From Amoebidium appalachense (lineage: Eukaryota > Protista > Ichthyosporea), in contig CAVNZM010000001.1 in assembly GCA_963693365.1 (NCBI GenBank), forward strand, positions 3,426,907 through 3,490,906: DNA of 64,000 bases, read 5' to 3'. The position numbers and the translations under genes were made by a program. Shown in pieces: positions 13,271 through 64,000 of this stretch (positions are counted from its first letter, which is position 1; every line of letters begins with the position of its first letter). The notes below the pieces were generated by a model, which had not been told where the DNA came from, made no database searches, and saw nothing but the letters and a program-made list of their open reading frames with translations.

Positions 13271-13632
13271 CGCCTTACATGTCACACACACACACCCACA
13301 CCGGTACCTACATGTACCCATGGGTGGCACGGTGACCCACACACACTGCAGGGCCGGACTCCCACGCCCACACAGGGACAGTCACGGTGCCGTGAAAATT
13401 TGAGTCGTCGACTGTGCAAGTCATGTTGATCATTCTTCTAGCTCGAGAATCACAGCGGTAAATTTAACTGTTACAGTTGTTTCAAGGTACTCGGTGACAG
13501 TATGATCACCGGTTCAGGTTCATTCCGATTGCAATCCACTAATGCACTGTGACACTGTTATTAATTAATAATGTCACTACTATGATACGTAGTATTCAGT
13601 CAGAGATTATTCACTGAGTGTCTGTCAGTGAG

Positions 13633-13666
<34 letters not shown>

Positions 13667-13734
13667 AAAAAAATAAAATAAAATAAAATAATTTTTTTTA
13701 AAACTTTGAAAATTTTGAAGGAAAATACACATAG

Positions 13735-13827
<93 letters not shown>

Positions 13828-14142
13828 TCACACATCCACAGCCTCCAATCATTGACCGCTGTGACAGGGCCCAAATAAAAACTAAAAACAAAAAAAGGCA
13901 AAGTAAGGAAGAAAGAGTCTTAGAGAAAGAAAAGGAGAAAAGGCCCTAATACTAGATCCGATTGGCAATGGTTTCTTTTTACAATGTGGCCACTACTGTA
14001 GCATCATTCAGTTGGCAAACGGAAGATTAATATATCATATAATGTAAGCAGTGCTGCTAAAGCCTGATGATGTCAGTGAGCCGTAACCTTCGGGGGCGTA
14101 ACATTCGTTACCGATCAAACACACGTGTCACACACACACACA

Positions 14143-14253
<111 letters not shown>

Positions 14254-14403
14254 CATAGTATACTAATAGATTCAATTTGATCAGGATGCCTACTTGAAGG
14301 CAGTCGACTATGGTACCCGATCAGATCATGAAGTATTAGAGAGACCAGCTAAATTAGAAACTACATCACTGCGATAGGCCAAGCCGCTAGCACACCAAGA
14401 AAG

Positions 14404-56263
<41,860 letters not shown>

Positions 56264-56270
56264 GGCAATG

Positions 56271-56406
56271 TCAACCAACAGTATCTGTTGCTACCTCCAT
56301 GTCAGACGGGAAAGTGGCTAATAAAAATATTAAAAGTTGTCTCGCCACGCGCAATGGTGTGGGTGGGCAAAAAAGGTCTGTTTGCCTTACTTGCGAGCTT
56401 GGGCAT
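56271..56406 (-). other. Putative spliced uORF in the APC1 5' leader (MPKLATTFPSDMEVATDTVG*)
   Basis: ATG at 56406, GTAAG donor at 56390, TTTTATTAG acceptor ending at 56318, and TGA ending 7 nt before the GCC-ATG of APC1. Confidence 0.45.
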
Positions 56407-56542
56407 CAGTGCTCCTTGGTGCGCTCTCAATAATATGTAAGCTACTGATGGCCTTGTGCGCACGCCTTCGCTATAGGAACTGTTGTCACGTCCGCGACGC
56501 CGGAGCTGATGATCAGTGAGGCTGAGCCCCCACCGGCCCAAC

Positions 56543-56612
56543 TTCAAAAAAGAGCGCGCAAAAATAAGCGCTTTGATTGGCTGCTTTTTTCTTTTGGCGT
56601 ATTTGATTGGCT
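56543..56612 (-). promoter_or_regulatory. Tandem CCAAT boxes plus CDE/CHR-like element in the divergent APC1/adenylate kinase promoter
   Basis: AGCCAATCAAA twice on minus (CCAAT cores 56610-56606 and 56580-56576, 30 bp apart), then GCGCGC-TCTTT-TTTGAA (56559-56543). Confidence 0.6.
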
Positions 56613-56883
56613 AAACCTGCACCGTGGGTAGGGGCGAGGGAGTTTAGCACGAGCCACACGTGCCCTTGTCAAAGAGAAGAGTGCTGAGAGAAAAAGAGGG
56701 AAGGACATACAATAGGTGTATACTATAGGCAAACGTGAAAGGTTGCATAAGACGGCACAGTATAAAACAGGTGAAGCAGGTTCATTTACCACCTGTGTTC
56801 CATTTTTTATTTTTTTTTCAAGGTGTAAAAAGGCAGTGTGCTGTGGTTTCAGTTTGGCTCCTCATCCAACATCACCAGTGAAA

Positions 56884-58330
56884 ATGCTTTCTCGTGTGGC
56901 AAACAACGCTAGGGTTGCAGCGGGGGGTGCCATAATAAGGCGCACTCTAGCCACCGGATCGACAAAGCTGCTTCAAAGGTGGGCCCTAAAATGCCCCACG
57001 ACCCCATCACGGTTTGAACCCGTACCCATTTGTAAACGCACGGTGCGTATTGGATGTTACTGAAGCGAAGGGCGTACAACTGACCCAAGCTTCCTCAATT
57101 TTTATGTGCGAATTTTGCGACTTAAGCCAGAATCTTGCACCTACTTTCCTCTTCTTCACACAGACTTCCCAATAGGCCTGCTGGTGCCCTCGGAGTCCTC
57201 CGAGGGAATCCTGTGTTCCCGTGGTCATGAAGCCCTGACCATAAACTCCAGAGACTGAAAGAGCCTCGTTTCCTCGTTTTTTTCTTCCTGTACACTTCCT
57301 CACTTTTATTTTATTCTTCGCTCCCTATCTCCCCCCTCCCCCCCCCCCCTCCCTCTCTCTCTCTACCCTAACCCCCCTCCCCCCCCCTCTCCCCTCCCTG
57401 CCCCTTCCTCCCCTACCCTCCTCTATCCCCTTCCTCCTTCCCCATTACAGAGTTGTATTTCTTGGACCACCGGGTAGCGGCAAAGGCACATACTGCAAGC
57501 TTGTAGCGCCCGAGTTTGGGTTGCAGCACATAAGCACGGGGGACATCATCAGAGATGCCATCAAGGCCAAGACGGAGCCGGCATGCAGGCCGTTGAGTAT
57601 TCCAAAAAGGGGCTTTTGGTTCCAGACGCACTGCTGATGGAGATTATTTCCCCTACACTTCACGAGGCTGCTGAAAAAGGCAAGTACACGCACTGTGTGC
57701 GCAACTCTCCCTGTATGTAGTTCCGCATACACGTGTGCATATGGGTGTGGGTGTTTTCTTTACTGTGTGCCATGTGTAGGGGTGTACCCGGGACCGGTTG
57801 TGGCCGAAAAAGGTAAGGTGCCATTTCTGCATTCTGCACCTTTCCACACTTCTTGCTTTGTGTGTGTGTGTGTGCGTGTGTGCGTGCAGGTGCCCGTGCA
57901 TATGCGTGTATCGGGGTATGCCAGGTGTTCACATGTGTGGGTACTTGCGATTTGTCGGATGTTGTCTCTCCCTTTTTTCTTCAACCGGGCATTGTACGTG
58001 GGATCCATTGGCCCGTGGGAAAAGCGTGCGGATAGACAAGGCAGGCAACAAATGGAGGCAACATGGGTTGACTGGGGTGAAATGTGGGGCGTAGCACAAG
58101 CAGGGTTGGGTAAAAAGGGGTAGGGGGATGGGGAGAGGGCGTGGGGGGGAGGGGAGGAAGGGGGAGGGAGGGGAGGGGGGGGGGGGGGGGGGGGGGTAGA
58201 GGGAATTTGACGGGGTTCTTATGGGAGGTTTTGGTTTCGGACGAGTGATTGGGGGTTGGAGGGGACAGAAGAGTTGGCGTTCGGGGGCCCCTGAGGTTTT
58301 TCCTTTTTTTTTTTTTTTTTTTCCGCGCAG

Positions 58331-58362
<32 letters not shown>

Positions 58363-59195
58363 AGGCGAAAGGGAAGGAGTGTATTTTTCCACTTGGAATC
58401 GGGAACCTCGGGGTGGGGGGGGGTGGGGGGGAGGCTATCTGTTAACGAAATGGCCTACAGGTGGCTTTATTCTGGACGGGTTCCCTCGCACAGTTCCGCA
58501 GGCCGAGCTTCTGGACTCCATCCTTCCAGTAAACAAGGTCGTAAGAATAAGCATGAGGGAGGATGCTATCAAGGCCAAGCTACTTGGTAGAAGAACATGT
58601 CCAGAATGTGGAAAATCGTTCAATGTTGCCGATGTGAATGAAGACAATGGCAATTTCCTCATGCCGGCCATTTTGCCAACGAAGGCAGAGTGCTTGATGA
58701 AGAAGTGTGTGGACCGCTTTGAAAGCAGGTGGGTGGTGACTGTGTGCCTGGCTGTGGAGCTGCTTTACTTGCACCATGGCATGTGATGCTCTGCGTCGAG
58801 ATTATGCATGCCCTGTGCGCGTTGATTTTTGTATGGCCGTTTACGTAAATCTCCAATAGTACATAGGCTTCGTGATTCTGCATGGGTGACTGGACAAATG
58901 AACAGGCACACTCACTTGCATACTCTTGTCTGGTCTGCATCATGGGGAGGGGGAGGGGGGAGACACGAAGCAGGTTGGGAATCAGAGTCGTTAAATAGTG
59001 TTGCACAGGGCGGACGATACAGCAGCAGTGGTGGAGGAGAGGCTAAGGGTCTACCACCACGACACAGAGCCCCTGGTTGGGTTCTACCGCAAGAGGGGGG
59101 TGCTCGTCGATGTGGAGATTAGGGGCGGGGAGAAGGTCATGCTGCCGGTGTTTCGTAGTGTAATGGCTGTGCCACCTAGCGCTCGTGAACACTAG
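56884..59195 (+). CDS. Adenylate kinase with N-terminal targeting-like peptide; 4 exons; apparent 1-bp frameshift near 57577
   Basis: Exons 56884-56978, 57451-57679, 58461-58728 and 59009-59195. Motifs VFLGPPGSGKGT, HISTGDIIR, GLLVPD, GFILDGFPRT, GRRTCPECG and RADD...ERLRVY. Intron 2 is GC-AG. Confidence 0.92.
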
Positions 59196-59700
59196 AGTGT
59201 GTGTTTTACCACCAGGGCTATAATAAGCAGGAGAGCTCAGGCAAGGCTGAGACTAGATGTGATGTTTATCTATTTCAATCTCTGTTCACCCCCTCCCTCT
59301 CCCCCCTTTCCCCACCCCTTCCTCCACCCCCCCCTCGTCCTCCAAACACGCGCAGAAATATACACACGTGTACACACGCAGCGCCCTAGTTTCTGCCCCC
59401 ATCCACTCCAACTCCTTCCACCTTTTTTTCACCACTTCTCTGTCATTATGGCAAGTGTGCATCATCATTGAAATGCAGCTTTATCTTGCAAGATCTCTCT
59501 GCCAGGTGACTAGCACAAGTGGCTTTTACTAAGTCTTGGCACCTTGCTCAAGGGGTATTACCTAGCGAAGATCTTAAACTTTTGTGCGTGTTTAATTCGC
59601 ATGGCAAAGTTTTCTTTTTAATAAATACCTCCACGAGTTACCACGTGACCTTGGGACCTAACTGCCAACCAGTCTTACACTACCAACAAGCAACCCCCCC

Positions 59701-59752
<52 letters not shown>

Positions 59753-60151
59753 GCTCAGGCAAAAAAAAAAAAAAAAAAAAAAAAAAGAAAGGAAAAAAAA
59801 AGGGGGGGGGGGGGGCAAGGAAACCTCCCTCCCTCCCTCCCTCCTTTTTTTCGCCCAAGTTCTCGTTCACTCTGTCTCCCTCATTCCCCCCATCTCTCCC
59901 TCATTCCATCCCTTCCTCCTCACCTCCCTCTTTCTCTAACTCACTCCCGCCTGTCTTCCCTCTCCCTCTCTCTCTCGCTCTCTACATCTCTCCCCCTTTC
60001 CCCCTCACTCTCTCCCTCTGTCTCTTTCCCCCTCCACCTCCACCTCCACCTCTCTCTCCACCTCCTTTCCGTCCTTTATTCCTCTACCTCTACCTCTACC
60101 CCCTCCGTCCCCCTCTCCCTCTCCCTCTCCCTTTCCCCCCCCCCCCCCCCC

Positions 60152-60183
<32 letters not shown>

Positions 60184-60523
60184 TTCTCTTCCACTACCTC
60201 TAACCCTCCGTCTCCCTCTCCGTCTCCGAGGCTCTCCCTCTCCCCCTCCCCCTCCCCTTCCCCTTCCCCCCTCCCCCTCCCCCCTCCCCCCTCCCTCCCC
60301 CTCCCCCTCCCCCTCTCCCTCTTCCTCTCCCTCTCTCTCTCTCCGTCTCCCTCTCCGTCTCCCTCTCCCTCTCTCTCTCCCCCCCCCCTAGCCCCTCTCT
60401 CCCCCCCCCCCTCCCCGCCTCCCCGCCTCACATCAGAGAGGCTTACTTGCAATTGTGCCAACGCCTCACTCCTCCGCTCTCTTATCGATATCCCAATGCC
60501 GGATTCATGAATAACTTATTACA

Positions 60524-61614
60524 TTACTCATCTTGTCGTATCCCGGGAATTTTTGGAAAATCACTCCTTGAATAAGGATGAGTAACTTACTACAAATTAC
60601 TCATCATCGCTCATCAACGCACAAGGTTTTTGTACCTTCAAAATAGTCCTATAGTGCTGAAATTTTCCATGAACAAAGCAAATATATATGGTTACCACAG
60701 CGCATAAAAAAAACATGGTGTTTTGAAGTATTCTTCTGCTTTGCGACAGCATGATGCTTTCCAGCGCCGGCGACTTTCTGTCCAGCTTCTGACCGCCCTG
60801 AGTGAGCCGCTCATCCGGCACATGCCTCAATGAGCCGCCTACTACCAAAATTTGTACGTTTCATATGCGCAGCAGATGAAAGATGTTTCACGGATCACTT
60901 CGGGCGCAGGCAGCCGGGCGGCCCATGACGTCACGGGCCGCGGCGCCAGGCGCAGCCGCAGCGGCGGCTGACATCGGTCTGGCGCAGCGCCTGACGTCTG
61001 GCGCCACCAGCGCCGGTATTTCCGGCGCAGCACACTGCAGATGCAGGCCACCTTCGTTTTCGCCGTGTGCTGCACGTACGGTTTTTGTTAGCACGATTGC
61101 GTTTTCGGTGGCTAGCACACGGCGGCTCCCACCCACCCACCTCTAAGTCTGTATACATGACGGTGTACGTATGCGACTGTGACTGGCTCACAGCCCGATT
61201 GCAGCGGCAATAAAGCATGTCGAGGCGGGGCCCAGCCCCGGCTGGTGCGGGGGGGGCTCATGGCATGGACCCCCCCTGGCGGCCCCCGCCTCGGCCAGCC
61301 CCTTGGGTGCAGGCACGACGGCCTGCACTCCACGGACACGGGGGGCATGAGGCAAGCACGAGTGAGTGATGTGAAACTAATAATTGATGATTAACTTTAG
61401 TGGCTGAGATGAGTAACTTGGTTCAACCACGCCACCCCTTGATGATCGCTCATAGTAAACACAAGAAAAATAGACATAAACACACCAGAAAATTTATATG
61501 CGCTCGCTCTTAACTATAAAAGGCAACTTTTTCACTAAGTAATGTAAGCCTTTGCGCGCCAGTCGGAAAAGATCTGAGCGCCGCAAGGTTGAGTAACTTA
61601 CTGTTTTACTCATC
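60524..61614. mobile_element. Probable DNA-transposon remnant with GATGAGTAA/TTACTCATC motif array
   Basis: Motif at 60524, 60577, 60597, 61408, 61590 (partial) and 61606, twice arranged as a spaced palindrome. Confidence 0.4.
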
Positions 61615-61632
61615 GAAAGGCATGGGGGTTAA

Positions 61633-62136
61633 AGTTCCCTCCAATATTATAGGGCTAACGCGCTACTGATGTTAATTAGAGAGTGTATACACCAATCAAA
61701 TGAGCGCCAATCCTGCGCAACGTCTGATGTGACTCATGTGGCCACATCAGTGCGTTTTCGAGACTAGAGACCACAAAAGTAAAAAAAAAACTCAAAACAA
61801 TGTTACACACAGGAAAATATCTCTTCAACTTGCTCCAGATACTTTGAGTTGCAACAACGTAGCGCATTGCTAGAGCGACTTTCACTAACTTGCTGGTCCC
61901 GCCGACAGTTAGTATACTCGTGCATACGCCGTATATAAGCAAAAATTAAATTTACAATCTTATGGAATGACGTTACACAATCCTAGAAAGGAAGTTGTAC
62001 TATTTTGAATGCCGTCAGCTCAGATTGCGCATGATAGCTAGCGAATCGAACCTGGTATCCACCTTGCACTTGATTGGTGTATACACGGACTATGTGGCAA
62101 TTAGGACGCGTTAGCACTATAATATCGGAGGGAACT
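61633..62136. mobile_element. MITE (~504 bp) with ~70-bp imperfect TIRs, possibly Kolobok-like
   Basis: AGTTCCCTCC(A/G)ATATTATAG(G/T)GCTAACGCG...GTGTATACACCAATCAA at both ends in inverted orientation. AG...CT termini; left flank TTAA, right flank TTTT (imperfect TSD). Confidence 0.75.
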
Positions 62137-62445
62137 TTTTTGCTCGGTAAGTGATGCAGCCCCGCACAGCCCCGGCACCCGCTTGAAACTTTGCTCTAAC
62201 CTCAAGCAGAGAAAAGTTTCGAAACCCACCACACTAGGAGTATTCCCGTTTTCCTATTACATCCATAGCATGGTAGAAAGCGTTGTAAAAGCTGCACCAA
62301 ACAGCTGTTCAAATTAAAAATACCTTGATTTACTCCACGAGTTGGACTCAACAAAAACGGTCTGTCTTTACGTAAACCTTCACTAAAAATGAAGTTTATC
62401 AATTTTTCACAGGCTGGCTCTAGGAGGTCTGTATGGCAACCTCTG

Positions 62446-62593
62446 ATTGGTCACATTGACAAACGGCGGGAAAACTTCCCCGGCGGTTCAACGGTTGCTG
62501 AGCCTCGAGCTCTGCAAAACCCCTGGGACAGGGTCGGCAGGTGGTCAGTTTCCCGTTGCGGGCAAATCGAAAGTTTTCTTGGTCTTATAAATA
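62446..62593 (+). promoter_or_regulatory. Putative promoter of the 62735 ORF
   Basis: Reverse CCAAT at 62446-62450, E2F-consensus GCGGGAAA at 62466-62473, TATAAATA at 62586-62593. Confidence 0.5.
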
Positions 62594-62734
62594 ACTTTTT
62601 TTAAAAGAAGCTACACTTGAAACTATCAACTTGTATATTTTCCGTTTAACGCCAAAGCCCGCCTTACGTTATTCCCTTGCGTTATTTCCACACACAAGTT
62701 TTCCTTCCTTGTTCCTTCTATTTTTTCGACCACA

Positions 62735-63580
62735 ATGGAGAACCCCACCATTCAAACATCCGTTCCACGCACAGGGGAGCCCCTTAAGGACACTTTAAAC
62801 ATCGCCCCCGCCGCAAACAACGACATCGTTGTGAAACCCACCTTCTCCTACGTTCCCCCACCCTCCGACTCCGAGTCCGAGCACTCGAGCGATGACGAGA
62901 TTTACGACGATTGCTCTACCGTTCGGCGCAGAATCACGCAGTTTTTGGCCACTAAGGAGATGACTCTGACAGAGTTTATCAAGGCGATAGGCCTGAGCGG
63001 CACGGGACCCTACTACCGATTTATGAAGGCAAAGGGGAAGTACGGTGGGTCGGACAACAGCACTTACTTCAAGGCCTACCACTTCTTCGAGCACAGAAAC
63101 AAGGACAAGCCAAAATCTGCGAGCAGGAAGAAGAAGGAGAAGGAGAGAAAGGAGTACCGGGAGTTGGAGAAAAAGCGTGAGGAGCAGTATATTGCGGCTA
63201 TGCAGAAAGCGGCCAAAGAGCGTGAGGCCAACCCGATCGAAAACCTCCTTCACAAGTACGACATCAAGCGGCCCTCCCAGGCCAAGTTCGCGCAGGCGTT
63301 CGCCAGATGCAACGAGCAGACATATGCGCAGCTTGGCTTTGACAAGCTGAAACTTACACCCATGGAGAAATTGCTGGCCACCGTCGATCTTTCGGCGCTT
63401 GACCTCGTTTTGAACGACCCATTCAATGATCCCGTCACCCTCCCTACGTCGTACAAGTCTGCCAAGGCGGGAATCAACAGGTGGGCTGAAAAGGAGTTCA
63501 AGTATGAAACGCACAAGAAGTTGATTTTGCTGGTGAAGGAGGTGAGGGAGAAGGTGAGCAGCGGTCTGGCTGCTGCTTGA
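62735..63580 (+). CDS. Intronless 281-aa protein with DUF7726-like domain and charged coiled-coil
   Basis: Clean ORF with G/C-ending codon bias. IYDDCSTVRRRITQFL...FMKAKG..GGSDNSTYFKAYHFFE resembles the recalled DUF7726 pattern (YDxCxxVRRKIxxFL...YxxAYxFFE). Confidence 0.8.
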   Translation: MENPTIQTSVPRTGEPLKDTLNIAPAANNDIVVKPTFSYVPPPSDSESEHSSDDEIYDDCSTVRRRITQFLATKEMTLTEFIKAIGLSGTGPYYRFMKAKGKYGGSDNSTYFKAYHFFEHRNKDKPKSASRKKKEKERKEYRELEKKREEQYIAAMQKAAKEREANPIENLLHKYDIKRPSQAKFAQAFARCNEQTYAQLGFDKLKLTPMEKLLATVDLSALDLVLNDPFNDPVTLPTSYKSAKAGINRWAEKEFKYETHKKLILLVKEVREKVSSGLAAA

Positions 63581-63963
63581 GGTGTGAGTGTGTTGGTGGG
63601 TGATGAGTTGGAAAGATGTTGCTGTTTAGGCCATTGACGTGTATCTGCTTGCACTCTTTAATCGGTTTTTCTGCCTATGTGTTTCCGTCTGTTTTTTTGG
63701 TGGTATATATTATGAGTGTGGGGTGGGGATGGGAGGGGATATGAAGCCTAGATTAGCCTGTGTACAATAGGAACCTTTTCTGGCTGTGAAATAGAGTGCG
63801 CAGTAAGACAAGGATCATCTATAGTTATCTAGAGGGCTGTGTGTATACCATATACAGGTATGTGGGTGTCTGTACGCAAATGCACACAAGAAACGTTATA
63901 TATGCACATCAGTGTGCTAGAATAATATCAACGAGCAGTTGTGTATTGATTATTAATAGGCAC

Positions 63964-64000
63964 CTAGTTCTGTGTGTTATACCGTTTCTGGTTACAACGG
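63964..64000 (-). mobile_element. Helitron-like 3' terminus (element would extend beyond the window)
   Basis: Minus strand: CCGTT-gtaaccaga-AACGG hairpin, 14-nt spacer, then CTAG. The next base is G rather than the canonical T. Confidence 0.4.

Noticed and set aside
56271-56317. Stop-codon readthrough or alternative genetic code extending APC1 upstream
   Set aside because: The upstream frame differs from the conserved APC1 frame, and all genes here read normally in the standard code.
62795-63654. Antisense ORFs over the 62735 gene
   Set aside because: Shadow ORFs with no recognisable motifs.

Overview
Eukaryotic nuclear DNA dense in (CA)n, (GA)n and poly-G/C runs; almost all short ORFs in the track are translated microsatellites. 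(1) 1-14.3 kb is a nest of transposon remnants. It includes a young Ty1/copia LTR element (5893-10104: near-identical 936/939-bp LTRs, GCCAA target duplication, 23-nt half-tRNAiMet primer site) whose only ORF is an intact RT-RNase H, with no Gag, protease or integrase. (2) A minus-strand APC1 gene (anaphase-promoting complex subunit 1), which I threaded by hand through 52 phase-compatible coding exons (56263 to 14404, about 1956 aa). It has an unexplained ~190-aa insertion in the WD40 region, many acceptors abutting (CA)n, and intronic satellites resembling adjacent splice junctions. (3) A divergent adenylate kinase gene (56884-59195) with a 1-bp frameshift and a GC-AG intron, sharing a CCAAT-CCAAT-CHR-like promoter with APC1. 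(4) DNA-transposon debris, then an intronless DUF7726-like ORF (62735-63580). The host is not identifiable with certainty; APC1 motifs look closest to animal APC1, so a unicellular holozoan is a guess. All homology statements are from memory, not from searches.
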